NCBI RefSeq assembly: GCF_026210795.1
Contig: NC_089435.1
Location: 3,038,001-3,102,000, forward strand
DNA: 64,000 nt
DNA from: Rhizophagus irregularis
Lineage: Eukaryota
Reading direction: 5' to 3'
Position numbers and translations under genes: made by a program. How positions within the stretch are numbered: position 1 is the first letter of the stretch; each line of letters begins with the position of its first letter. Positions 1-12,910 of this stretch are shown here, piece by piece. Under the pieces are notes generated by a model, which had not been told where the DNA came from, did not search any database, and saw only the letters and a list, made by a program, of their open reading frames with translations.

Positions 1-3000
1 AGAGTCGAAAATAGTCAAGATAAACTTACAAGAAAATATAATAGAAATATTTTCTCAGTTAGTAAGAATAAATTATATCTTTGCTTTACACGAGGAATTC
101 AATCTGTCAAGTAAGTAGTAATTCACATTCCACGTATTAAGTTTCACGTATTAAATTCCACGTATTAAATTTCACGTTGAAATATTCAATAAACTAAAAC
201 TTATTATGATTTACTTTCTTAAGGTTATACTTTTTGGAAAATGGTCTTGAATCCATCTCAAAAAAATTTGATGATATTGAAAAAATTTATTCATTAGAAT
301 TCATTGAAAATGATAGGAAATTACTTGTAATTGGTAGTGGCGCTGAAGATGAGGAAAATTTAAAGATTATAATTTGGGATATGTATAATGTTGGAGAAAC
401 TGAAATGATAGAATTAGATGATTTTCTTACGACGAAAAATATTAGTACTCGTTTAGCTAGAACTTCAGGAAATCTTTTACAAATTGATGATAAAGGAAAT
501 ATTACATCAATTCTTAAAAAGGTCGATAAATTATTAGAACAAAAACAATTGGAAGAGGTTGAAAAGTCTTTTCCTCTTCCTCAACCTCCTGATTTGAGCT
601 TCTTTAATGGTGAAAAACTTGATGGAGGACTGGATAAAAGGCATACTATATATTATGATAAAATTACAAATCCATATTTCAAACCAATAGTTGTTGAGAA
701 AGAACCATGGGTGTTAGGTGATTATGATAGACAATCTTATTGTCTTTACCAAAATAAAAATGGATCAGTGATAGAAACTATACAACTTATAATTGGTAGA
801 TCTACTGTCCAAATTTGGCATCAAATCAATTCTGATGATAAAAATATAGACAAAGACGAACTTCCTAATAGGGGTGAACCATTTCTTGAATATATATGGA
901 CAAATGGTATTCCCGTAATTCAAGAGAATCCTAGAAGAAAATTACGAATTGAAATGTTTGAATATGGACCAAATGATGGAAAAATGAGAGATTTTTATTT
1001 AAAAGTTTATTGGTACGAAAAAGTATCAAATGAATTTGAGAGTGATGTAGATGAAATAACGAAACAAGAGAATGAAGAAAATAAAATGATAGCAGAGGAT
1101 GAAAATAAAATGATAGCAGAGGATGAAAATAAAATGATAGCAGAGGATGAAAATAAAATGATAGCAGAGGATGAAAATAAAATGGTAGCAGAAGATAAAA
1201 AAATAAATGAAAAGAAATGGAATGAGGAAAGGAAAGAAAGAATAATTCGGCGGTATGAAGTTCTTGATAAAGCTAATGCAGTCAAATGCGCATGTAAAGC
1301 ATTGGAATATATCAATAGGCGCACAAAATTTCTTGTAAATTATGTAAAAGAACATCGCGTAAGTGTTTACTGTATATATAATAATTCTTAACGTAAAACA
1401 AGTATATTGATTTTTTTTTTCTTTTCTTCAATAAAGTGTGAGGAAATGGTTGCATATATTAATCGTATAATATGGAGATTTATCAAATACAGGCCTGATG
1501 ATTTTAAATTGCTAGATGTTAGACATAATGTTATGAAGAATTTGATTCTTGGTGATTGTGATCATTTGATAAAGTTTATATTATTTGGAAATGATGATGA
1601 TGATAAAAAAGCCAACAAGTTACACATACCAAGGAATACATTCTGGAAAAAGAGAAAGTATGTAGATGATGACACTGAAAGTGAAGAAATAACGAATGTT
1701 ATGGAATTGGCAATTTATCATTGCAAAGGTAAATTATTTTGTATTATATTATTGGGGAACATTGATTTATAATACCTTTTTTTATAAACTAGGTCGTGAA
1801 ATTAAAGACACCATTATTGTTGCCTATCTTTTGGAATATTATTCCATGCATGCAACAGATTATGCTGGTTGGATGAGTACCGTTTCTAAGGCGCTTCCTC
1901 TATTATTTAAATATCATTATGGTTCGTTATTTTAATTCTTTTTTTTGATATAATACAGAAAAGATTAAAGACTTATGCACAATTTTTATCTATAACAGAT
2001 GATTATGTTAAAAAATTATTTCGTAAAGAATGTTTTGCAAATCAAAATTACTTACAAGATCCATATAATATTATACCAGAAGAGTATCTAGAATTGCGTA
2101 ATCTTGGAGCTCAATTTAGAGCGTTTGAATTCAATTTGAAGTCAGATAAATGTAGATGGTACGATGTGACTTTTAAAATGCTAGATTATTTTAGAATTAA
2201 AATGTTTAAATTCCTTGGAGATCTTGATAACAAGGACGTTGAAAAGCAAACATTAGCTTTACGAGTGGTCCCACTTCCTGAATTTACTAGAAATTGTATT
2301 CCACAGCAGAACAAATCAAAGAAAACAATTTTCTTAAATGTTTTATTATTTTTATTTGTACCACGATGGTATAGAATTGGTCGGAATGAAAAGAATAAAT
2401 TGAGCCCTTTTTCTAGAGTAGTGCAATATGAGAACATTGGTGATATATATGACAATCCAGCAACCGAAGCAATTATAGACTTTCGTTGGCAAAGAGCAAG
2501 AACTTTCTTTTTTATCCTTTTTCTCCGATTTCTTCTCTATATCCTTTGTTTTGGATTAGTTAGTTGGGCATATTTGGATCATAGTACTGTTATAAATGTA
2601 GATTTTTTAATTGCATTAATTGTCGTATTCTACTATTTAGCAGTTTATTTATCCGCTACTGAAATTATACAATTAATTTTTCATGGACCCAGAAAATATT
2701 TTGAAAGCATATATAATATTTTTGATATATTTTCAATTATACTTCCTGTAATAGTTATGTCAATAATGATTGGAGATTTTCGTTATTCTGATGGCTTTGG
2801 AGGTGTTGAAAAAACTGATACTGGATTAATTGCGTTGATAGCTTTTGCAGTTTTTTTTCTTTGGATTGAAGGGGTTAGTCCTTGGTTTTGTAATTTTACA
2901 CTGAAGTTAATAAGTAAAATTTAATATTATTATTTTATTTTATTTTTTTAGATTTCGTATCTCCGCTTAATACCAAGTTAATATAAATTCTGAATGAATT

Positions 3001-4117
3001 ACAAAAATGATGAACAATTATTAATTATTGATCTTTATTATTTTTAATAGATATCGCCATTTACATTTACTATGTCATGATAATTACAAAAACTGTGCTT
3101 CCATTTATTTTATTTAACGTCATCGTAATACTTGCATTTGCACATACAATGTATTACATTTTAGTTTTTAATTGTTTTATATTTTATTTTAAATATAATC
3201 TAACAAAAAAAAAAAAATGTTTATTAAATATATAGGTTCATTTTACTTACAGAGTCAAAGAATATTAAAACTAAGGATTCAACATATAGTGGAACTGCTA
3301 CGAATCCTTTAAACGGTCAAGAATTTAATGTCGAAATGAAAGCTGATTTTGATCCTACAGATCGGAACGATAATCCATTTTCGTATTTTCCTATGGCAAT
3401 GGTAGCTACATATTTTTGGCTTAATGGGGATTTTGTTCAGAGAGACTCATTTGATTTTTGGGCCGTCGAAGTGTTTTCCTTGATCGCTAGCGTTCTTTTA
3501 GTAACTATTTTGCAAAATATGTTGATCGCTTTTATGGGGTAAGGCATTTTATCGAATTTTGTTTGCTGTGCATTAATATTTATTTATATATAGAATGTAA
3601 TATAATTTCATTAATTTTTTTTAGTGGTGTATACGAAGAAGCAGCTACTAAAGGTAGACAAGCTTTATTGAGGTTTCGAGCAAATCAAATAGCAAATTAT
3701 GAAGCATTATATCATATTCATTTTCCACCTATTGAACGTGATCCAAAATATATTTATTATATTGGACAATCAAAAAATTTTGAAAAATGGTGTGAAGATA
3801 GAAAAGATGATGGAGCTATTTATAAAGGTTTTGAAGAAAAATCAACTTTTACAAAATTTGTTTTTGAAGAAAAAGATTATGATAAATTTTCAATTTGGGT
3901 TTATGATGATGATGATGATATTGAAATTGAAATCAATAATATCAAAAAGATGAAAAAAGATTTAAATGATAATATTGATAATTTATTAAATAAACTTAAT
4001 GATCAAAAAAGGGATGATAATGCTGAAAAAATTGATAAGAAAATTAAAGAAATTGAAAATATTAATAATATTAATGGTACTATTGAACTTCTTATTAAGA
4101 AACTTAATAATTTATAG
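1..4117 (+). CDS. Multi-exon TRP-like/ion-transport-family membrane protein, 5' end outside the window
   Basis: ORF pieces 234-1391, 1407-1772, 1696-1935, 2094-2924, 3336-3542 and 3563-4117 are joined by GT-AG introns. They contain 'YDNPATEAIIDFRW', several hydrophobic TM segments, a pore-like 'NPFSYFPMAMVATYFWLNGD' and an S6/TRP-box-like 'TILQNMLIAFM-GVYEEA'. Confidence 0.75.
1076..1200 (+). repeat. In-frame 24-bp coding tandem repeat (ENKMIAED, about 5 copies)
   Basis: gaaaataaaatgatagcagaggat is repeated about 5 times within the exon. Confidence 0.9.
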
Positions 4118-4849
4118 TATGTACAGTATATTATAAATATTATAAATAATATTGTAGTTTTAGTATGTTTATGTTTAGTCATTTTTTTTTTCAATCTTGT
4201 GATTATATATGTTTATGCATTTATTATATTTATGTATTTTCTGTATTTATATGTACAGTATTTATATTTTATATTTAAATTTAAATTTAAATAAAAATTC
4301 ATTGTATTATTTTTTAATCCTTTATTTTTTTTTCTTTGATACATCTATTTTTTATAATAAGTCACGAGACAATTGGAAAAATTGGCTAGCTTTAGGACAT
4401 AATTCAGCCAAAAATTAATTTTGGCCGATAAAAATAAATTTAAAAAACTAACAAAAATTTGTAGATTTTTAAGTGTGCCACTCGTAAATACACCTAATAA
4501 TTCTGTTTTCCACAAGTACTTATATTAAAATTTAGAGAAATTTTAAGTACAAGAATAACCAAAATTCTATTTAGTAACCAGTTCTATCACCGCGTATAAT
4601 GGATCGTAAAAAAATTGAAAGGAGTTGTAAAAAGAAATATGAGATTTTCAAAGTTTGAGTTGGAAACTTAAAGATAATGGCATCACAGAACTTTTTTTTT
4701 TTTGAAAAAAAAGTTATAATATATAGTTTTAAGATGTAGATATTACTAAAAAAAGAAAATTATAAATTGTTTAATGAATATTTAACAAAAAGCTTTAATA
4801 TTGTAATACGCGAAAATAATTGAATTATACTTTAAAGAAATATAAATCT

Positions 4850-5650
4850 AATTATGCTTTCCAGGTTAACATTTGTAGTACATTCAGCACAATTATTGCT
4901 AATGACACATTCCTGGTAGATGATCTGAATTTTTGGGCCATGAGAAACCATCGAAGCTGCATATCGGGTGATTTACTGAAGGTGTCGCTAAGAACTTGGA
5001 GACAATATAATGAAACCTGTAAATTATAAGTTTTATAAACCTCCAAAGATCACATTCATATTATTATATAATTGCCTGTAATTACTTCTCATTTTAACTA
5101 AAAAAGATTTTGTATATTTTAAAAATATTTTACCTGATGGTCTCGATGATGAAGTTACTCAATATTTTTCAAATTCAGCTTCCAGACTTTCCTCCAATGC
5201 TTTACCGCAAAGATATATATTTGACTCCAAGATTATTAATTGCTACAGATGTTGCATTAATAGCAAGTTGGATTGATAAGAAAAAAGGAACACCTTATCA
5301 TTTTAAAGATTTACCTTTTAAATTTAATCTTATTTCTCGTGCTAGTCGTGATGGTTTTGGGATTGATAAATTTCATAAACATTGCGATAATAAGGGACCA
5401 ACTTTTCTTATAATTAAGGTTCGCCACCCAAGAGAGCGAGATAATTGGTGGATATAATCCATTAGAATGGTGTCGTACCAAAATGGTAGCAGATGAAAGA
5501 TCTCGTAACCACAAAAAATTATCAATGTAAAACGTCAAATAGTTTTTATTTTCATTAACAAATCGATTTAATCCTATATTAAGTCGAGTCAATTTTGAAA
5601 AGGAAGCAATCATTTGGAGTAAAAATGAGGGACCATATTTTTTAACACCC
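4850..5650 (+). pseudogene. Degraded BTB/BACK-TLDc family gene
   Basis: TLDc motifs 'FNLISRASRDGFGIDKFHKHCDNKGPTFLIIKV', then in other frames 'IIGGYNPLEW', 'FLFSLTN' and 'GPYF'. Frameshifts and stops are present, and the gene ends abruptly before a repeat-rich block. Confidence 0.7.
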
Positions 5651-6039
5651 AAGTAGGATTTTTAGGCGATTTTTTACTCTAAAAGGCAAAAATTTTGGTT
5701 GATCATTTCATTTTGGTCAGATTTTCACCTAAATTTTCTATTCCGATTTTGAAAATCATCCACATGCATAGTTGCCATGGATACAAAAAAAATTGCCTTT
5801 TTCGTAAAAAACTCTCAATTTAATCTTAAGTATTAGTACAAGTACTGTACATATACAAGTACAAGAGCAAGAACATGAACATGAACATGTACATGTACAT
5901 GTACAGAGAAAGTGAACATTCACTATGGAAACTTTTTGCGCAGAGTTTAACTGTGCTGCTCAAAAAGAATGTTAACTTGACAGATCATGAATAAATCAAC
6001 ATTTTTTAATAATATGTCGATCATTTTATTAAAATATAA

Positions 6040-7040
6040 AAAAAATTAATTTTTTTAATTAAAAACGTCAAACTTGACGTTTTTGTAATTAAAAAATCAA
6101 AAAAAAATTAATTTTTTTAATTAAAAACGTCAAACTTGACATTTTCGTAATTAAAAAATCAAAAAAAATTATTTTTTTTAATTAAAAATGTCAAACTTGA
6201 CGTTTTTGTAGTTATAAAATCAAAAAAAAATAATTTTTTTAATTAAAAACGTCAAACTTGACGTTTTTGTAATTAAAAATCAAAAAAAAATTAATTTTTT
6301 TAATTAAAAACGTCAAACTTTGACGTTTTTGTAATTAAAAAATCAAAAAAAAATTAATTTTTTTAATTAAAAACGTCAAACTTTGACGTTTTTGTAATTA
6401 AAAAATCAAAAAAAAATTATTTTGTTTAATTAAAAACGTCAAACTTGACATTTTTGTAATTAAAAAATCAAAAAAAATTATTTTTTTTAATTAAAAACGT
6501 CAAACTTGACGTTTTTGTAATTAAAAAATCAAAAAAAAATTATTTTTTTTAATTAAAAACGTCAAAGACGTTTTTGTAGTTAAAAAATCAAAAAAAATAT
6601 TTTTTTTAATTAAAAACGTCAAACTTGACGTTTTTGTAGTTATAAAATCAAAAAAAAAAAATTTTTCTAATTAAAAACATACAAACTTGACGTTTTTGTA
6701 ATTAAAAAATCAAAAAAAATTATTTTTTTTTAATTAAAAATGCCAAACTTGACGTTGTTGTAATTAAAAAATCAAAAAAAATTAATTTTTCTAATTAAAA
6801 ACGTCAAACTTGACGTTTTTGTAATTAAAAAATCAAAAAAATTAATTTTTTTAATTAAAAACGTCAAACTTGACGTTTTTGTAATTAAAAAATCAAAAAA
6901 AATTAATTTTTTTAATTAAAAACGTCAAACTTGACGTTTTTGTAATTAAAAAATCAAAAAAATTAATTTTTCTAATTAAAAACGTCAAACTTGATGTTGT
7001 TGTAATTAAAAAATCAAAAAAATTAATTTTTCTAATTAAA
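6040..7040. repeat. ~60-bp tandem minisatellite, about 16 copies, each with an internal palindrome
   Basis: The unit is approximately aaaaaaattaatttttttaattaaaaacgtcaaacttgacgtttttgtaattaaaaaatc and recurs on every 60-base line from 6061 to 6961. Confidence 0.95.
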
Positions 7041-8200
7041 ATAATCTTGATTAATAGTATTAAAATAAATATTTTTACGATACAGTAAAATTACAGTTTT
7101 TCTGTATAAAACTCAAAATTGGTATTCTAAATCTAACTTTTAAGATTAATTAAAGTTGTAGACCTAATAAAGTTATACATAATTACAAATTTACAGACTT
7201 ATGTAATGAATGGATAAGTCTCACACCTTAATTTCGTACTTAATTTTAACGATTTTAACAGTTTATCTATGTATGACTCAAAAACGGCATTCTAAATCTA
7301 CTTTTTAAGATTAATTATATTTGTAGCCCTAATAAAGTTACATTTAATTGCAAATTTACAGACTTTACGTAATAAATGAATAAGTCTTCCGCCTTAATTT
7401 CGTGCTTAATTTTAACGATTTTAACAGTTTATCTATGTATAACTCAAAATTAGCATTCTAAATCAAACTTTTAAGATTAGTTAAATTTGTAGCCCCGATA
7501 AAATTACATATAATGCTTGCATTTGAGATCTCTTTAATTAATAGCTCCAGAAATATTAAAAGTTCATAAAAGTCAAGAAAGTTTTGTGCTACGCAAAACA
7601 AATGTTTTACTTATAGATCGGCATAATGCATTTCTTCAATTTTAATACGTTTACACCACTTTTGATTATATGTTAACTACATGTTTTTACAATACAACAT
7701 CCCATAATTTTATCATGCAAGATACATTATGTTATATTCTTTTTATAAATCAATTTATTTTTACTGTTGCTATCATTTGCAACTTACCCAGGAATGAACG
7801 ATTTAAACCATCTAATATATCAACATTGGCATTAATCCCAGGACCAAATGATCCATCATTACATCGCATAAATTGCTCTGGTGCTATATTGGGAATTTTC
7901 TTATAACAATAGTTTTAAATAATCTTAATTATAAGTAAAAAGTGTGTAAAATTACTGCACCACAAAAATAATTAATTTTACTTATAATTAAGATTATTTA
8001 AAACTATTGTTATAATAGTAAAAATAAATTGATTTATAAAAAGAATATAACCTAATGTATCTTGCATGATAAAATTATGAAATGTATTAATCTTAAAAAG
8101 TAGATTTAGAATGCTAATTTTGAGTTTTATATAGAAAAACTGTAATTTTACTATCATAAAAATATTTATTTTTAATACTATTAATCAAAGATTATTTAAA
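7040..8200. mobile_element. Foldback-like remnant with nested inverted repeats and a CACTA/En-Spm-like transposase fragment
   Basis: Inverted pairs at ~7040-7150/8085-8200, ~7700-7765/8017-8080 and ~7904-7941/7976-8013. The peptide 'ICNLPRNERFKPSNISTLALIPGPNDP' (7770-7860) matches the CACTA (Tnp2-type) NLP..R...N......IPGP.EP motif. Confidence 0.6.
7105..7515. repeat. ~166-bp tandem repeat, about 2.5 diverged copies
   Basis: The sequence actcaaaa..g(c/t)attctaaatc..acttttaagatta recurs at ~7111, ~7277 and ~7442. Confidence 0.8.
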
Positions 8201-11200
8201 ACTGTTGTTGTGGCAATATTAATAAATTAATTTTTTTAAAAAATAAAATATTTGTTTATTATGGTATTAAAATATTTGAAAAATTATACCTGTTAGGATG
8301 TAATGTTGTATTATATATAAAATTAAATATTTTTTTTTTTATACATATATAAAAAATTTTAGAGCACATTATCTTACTATCTAGTGATCAGATTTTATTG
8401 ATCTTTGACTTATTAGATTCATCTTATTAAGTCAAATCAAATGTTATAATTTTATAATTATTAGATTAATATTTATTATAAGATATCAATTGAAGTACTG
8501 TTAATTTTATCTTATAATCTAATGATCAGAAACTGATAATTTATAGCTCATTAGATTTATCTTGTTTAGACAAATCTAATGGTTATTAGATCATAAAAAT
8601 TGGATTATTATTGGCTGAGATATTACGGTTTGAAATTTTAATAGCAATTCAAGGGACATGCTTGCTGACCGTAAAAAATTTAATAATAAATAACAGGTTT
8701 GCACAGTTTTTAATTGATTTAATAATTAAATGGTGCAAATCTGTTTTTTATTATCTAACCATTTAACAAGAAATGGTTCATGCCATTTCTTTATTAAACC
8801 ATTAAAAAAATGGTGCATACCCATTATTTGTTATCAAATTACTAATTAAAAATAATGGGTTTACACCATATTTATTATCAAATTGCTAATAATTTAATAA
8901 TGTAATAATGTGAACTCTTAAAACTTCATAGATTATATGAATTAGTTTTAACCCTTACAATTTAAGGGATAGTTAAATAAATTATAATGTTTAAAAGCTC
9001 ACTAACTTGTACTTAATTACCCTAGTTGGTTACAAGATTTGTATATCAAATCATCAGGATGTACATCTTGAAAGTAACGCAGTAATGGTTTTTCGGTTAG
9101 TGATGTAATGATTGATATACGCCCACAGAAATAGTATATAAAATTTGACGTCATATACAAGATTACGTGAGAAATTATTGCAAACACATGTCTATTTTCT
9201 ACGGAGTTTACATGTTTATAACATGACTCATCATGGTTAAGTAAAATATAGTATAAAATAGCCACTTTTTTCTCTTTATTCTCTTCAACTCCTCTCTCCT
9301 TTTTTATTACTTTTCGCTTTTCTTTTTCTTTTATTATTTTTTTCTTGTTAAGTATGGTAATAGGTAAGGTACAACCAACTCCACATCTCATTTTAAGCCG
9401 TAGGCACGACCAACTTCACGTTAAAAACTTTAAAAAAGTTAAAGCCATACTTAAACAAATTTTTTTAATAAAATTGAGTCGAGAAACCTGTGTTTATTGC
9501 TCGTTCGACTTTCCCACATTACGTATATATACGTACGTATTTTATGTATGTATGTACATAGTACGTATTGTGTATATATGTAAACCAAATAATTAGATGG
9601 GGGGATGAGAAAGCTTATTTTTGATTTTACAAAAATAATTTCTTTCTTGTTCTGATGCACATGTGCATTTTTTTTATTTGTTTTGATTTTTATGTAAATA
9701 ATTTTCTTTTATAATTTTCTTTCTTGATTTGATGCACATGTGCATAAGTAGTCGTATCTGGGGCCAGAACATAACTAAAAAAACACAGTTTACATATAGA
9801 ATTGGTCAAGTTGTGAATGTTGTTATATTATATATATATCTATATGTCCGAACGTCTCTGCTCAATTTTTGTTCTTAACAATCCAAATATTATTATTTTT
9901 TTTTTAATCCTATTAATTATAAACTGGTTGTATAAGATTATAGGTAAGTGGTTTCTTTTTTACCCTGAACGAAGCTTGCCACCTCTACGTGGTGTTCAGG
10001 AGAAACAGTTGTATGTTAATAACTGGCCAAGAGCAAGCAATATTTGCAATATTTCATTTTACATATTTTTGGAATTTTTGCGCCATTTTGTATTGAATGT
10101 CACGTAAAAATGTTTATTCATAATATTAGCATCATGTTACAAAAGTTAAGGATTCTTGTTGAACTCATTAAAATAAGTTTTTTTTTATTAAAATCAAGTT
10201 TTTTGTATTTCCTGAATAACTACCATTACAGTATAACCTTAGAAAATCTTTTCCCATGTGAAATTACATCTATATTAGTTGCTAAAATTATGCTTTCGTT
10301 CCAACTTTTAAAAGGATATGAAAAGCTTGTTTTTTGTATGCATAATAAAATTTTATAAAAAAAAAGTGACCCTAATCACTTTTAGTAGAATTGTAGAGTT
10401 AAATGATTAATCAAGCCTCAACTTTCGTTGATTAAACTAGTGAAACAAAAAAATAAACAAGAATTATATAACAGGGTTCTATTATACTACTAGTTATTAT
10501 AATGATTTTTTTTATGGCCTTATTGCCTTCAGATCCGTTATCTGTCATCCGACGAATCCGTTTAGTTCATCTGATTATCCGGATATCTGTCAGTTTTTAT
10601 TTATTTCATTTTAACGTTTTCTTTATATTAATTACTAAAGTTTATTTTTTTTCTCACCTTTGTTTTACAGGAATGGACTGATAGATACATTTTTCAGCCC
10701 ATTTGATTTCTTTCTTCCTTTTTGCCTCTTGAACTTTATTATTCACGCTAACAGTTGGTAGACTTTTCTTTCTCCCATAAAACCGTATCTCTTTCCACTT
10801 CTAATTTTTTATTTCCTCTTTTAGATTAGCCGATAGCCAGGTGTGTTAGAGACGCTAATAGTTAGAAATCCCATTTAAGTATTTTGTTTCATTTGTTTGT
10901 TCGAGGGTTTCTTGTTCTTTTTGGCCATTAATAACAGTCTTTTTTGGATTGATGAACAAAAGATTCAAGACTTTAGGTCCATTTCGACGTTAAGGTTTGT
11001 ATTTCATTTCGTTTAAAAAATTTTTTTTGCTCCTTCAACTATTACTAATCTTCTTTTTATAGAGTGGTTTTATTTCCTGAGCGGGTTTACTTAAAAACTG
11101 AATAAAAAAAGAAAAAGAAATAAAAATTACGTTCCTAAAAGAAAGAAGAAAACTGGTTAACGATGATCGAGGAGCAAAAAAAACTCTTTCAAATAAATGA

Positions 11201-11439
11201 AATACCTACTTCAAAGTCAAAAGTTCTGAAAGAAACATAATCTGAACTGTTTCTGCAAAAAAAAAAGAAAGCAACGGTTGGCAATAACAGAAAAAAAAGT
11301 CTTAAAACACAGACATACTCTTTATTCTATTCAAAGTCCCAATATATTGCTATAAGAAACAAAATTGATAATAATAGCTAAAGGACAAAAAAAGCTCGAC
11401 CTAAATAAAAAATAAAAAAGACCAAACCATTCTTAAATA

Positions 11440-11636
11440 CAGTGACACCTCTATAAGTGCACCCTCTATAAGTGCACGCACTATATAAATTCTCTTTAAG
11501 TGCACGGTGGACCTGATCCCAACTTATAAGAGCTCTTAATATTTTACTCTCTATAAATGCACACCATCTCTAAGTGCACATTCTACTATTTTTTTACTAT
11601 GGTCCCAAGGGGGGTGCACTTAGAGAGGTGTCACTG
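11440..11636. mobile_element. Tc1/mariner-pogo-type MITE
   Basis: TIRs of about 25 bp (cagtgacacctct[a/c]taagtgcaccc) with TA on both sides (11438-11439, 11637-11638). Internal taagtgcac repeats. Confidence 0.9.
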
Positions 11637-11856
11637 TACAAAAAAGAGAAAAAGGTTAGTAAGCAAAAAATCTTTCAACCGAAATGAAATATTTACTTCA
11701 GTGAGTTCAATTCAAACAGATTTTTGTGTTAATAGAGATCCTGGATCTTTCTGTAAAAAACAAGCAATCTCATGCGCCTTTTACTAACAAAGTTGTTAAA
11801 GTTGTGAAGGATAATTGCGCAGCTAAGAAAAAGGTCCAATTTGTTCCATCGTAAGA

Positions 11857-12209
11857 AGTAGTATGAAAACCCCAATTCTGGCTCACCCCCACCATATAAT
11901 CTAAAATACTACCACTTTATATAATCTAGTTACCACCATCATATAATTTTAATTACCACCATATAATCCACCTACCACTTTTCATATAATCTAGTTACCA
12001 TCATATAGTTTTATTACCACCATACAATTCTATTACCACCACACAATCTGAAAAAATTAACCGAACAAGAAATAGGATTTCAAAGCCAACGGAGCCAAAA
12101 AAGGTAAGGAATATTAACCCATCCAGGAAACCAGCCATGGAGTCAATAGAGCGGAATAGCAAGGCAAGCAATTTCCCTTATACCGAGAAAAAATGTAATT
12201 GAATAAAAG
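11857..12209 (+). repeat. Left terminal inverted repeat (353 bp)
   Basis: Reverse complement of 23428-23865 apart from an 85-bp difference. Contains (t)accacca-type subrepeats. Confidence 0.95.
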
Positions 12210-12248
12210 GTAGGTACCAAGTAACTATACAGATAAATAGTACATAAC

Positions 12249-12695
12249 ATGGTATATACCGCAGAAAAGTTAGCAACAATCTTTGGCTGCACAGTCTCTG
12301 ATCTTATGGCTATCAATAGAGAGATTCTAAAAAGCCACCAAACCCCGTACGCAGTATCAGTAATCCCCGAACTTGTGGGCCATATCCTGGAATACATTCC
12401 AAGTAGAAATTTCGGGACACATCTTCTAGAAGTCAGCCCAATCTGGAGAGCCGAAGCTGAACGAATACTCTGGAAGCGGCATAAAGAAGCCGAGGAGGCA
12501 TACGACAAAGCAGTAGAAAAGAAGGAAAAAGCAAATGATGCTCTTGGTCGATCAGAGGAGGAGGGTAATAGAAATCGTGACCTCCGTGAACTTGAATGGG
12601 AGGCATATCAAAAGGCTTGTAAAGAGAGAACAAATGCTGCAGTAGAGCATATTATGGTAAAAGAAGCTATTTGCCGTTGTAGCTTACAACTATAA
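12249..12695 (+). CDS. Element-encoded F-box-like protein with coiled-coil tail
   Basis: 'VIPELVGHILEYIPSRNFGTHLLEVSPIWRAEAERILW' fits the F-box consensus (LP.E....I..yL......l..Vs+.W). Confidence 0.55.
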   Translation: MVYTAEKLATIFGCTVSDLMAINREILKSHQTPYAVSVIPELVGHILEYIPSRNFGTHLLEVSPIWRAEAERILWKRHKEAEEAYDKAVEKKEKANDALGRSEEEGNRNRDLRELEWEAYQKACKERTNAAVEHIMVKEAICRCSLQL

Positions 12696-12857
12696 GTTAC
12701 TTAAGGATAGAGTATACATCAGGACGAGGATGTGCTCAGTGACTCGGAGGACAATCCCGATGACTCAGATGGTGAGGAATAGTTTAGGAAGACAGTACTA
12801 ATCTGTCTCCCTCTTTTTTTACCCTCATAGGGTAGGCGAACAATTAATTTTATTTTC

Positions 12858-12910
12858 AGAAAAAATGTAATTGAATAAAAGAGGAGTATAAAAAGTTTAC
12901 AAGATGTCAA
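12858..12910 (+). promoter_or_regulatory. Putative element promoter/leader motif upstream of pPolB
   Basis: The 24-bp sequence agaaaaaatgtaattgaataaaag (12858-12881) is identical to the inner ends of both TIRs (12186-12209 and reverse complement 23428-23451). Confidence 0.6.

Noticed and set aside
1007..1355. Repetitive minus-strand ORFs
   Set aside because: These are antisense shadows of the 24-bp coding repeat.
6040..7040. Palindromic regularly spaced repeats resembling a CRISPR array
   Set aside because: There are no unique spacers (the whole unit repeats), no cas genes, and the context is eukaryotic.
9017..10358. Several short ORFs
   Set aside because: They have low-complexity AT-rich composition and no recognisable motifs.
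10670..11856. Possible host gene disrupted by the Polinton insertion
   Set aside because: The sequence is coding-like but has stops in the frames I tried, and no continuous ORF spans the reconstructed empty site.
11880..12045. Telomere-like C-rich/G-rich repeats
   Set aside because: They are not TTAGGG arrays; they are subrepeats within the element TIRs.
12696..12782. Acidic peptide (QDEDVLSDSEDNPDDSDGEE) in frame after the first element ORF
   Set aside because: It is separated by three stops, with no ATG or plausible frame-preserving intron. At most it is a relic tail.
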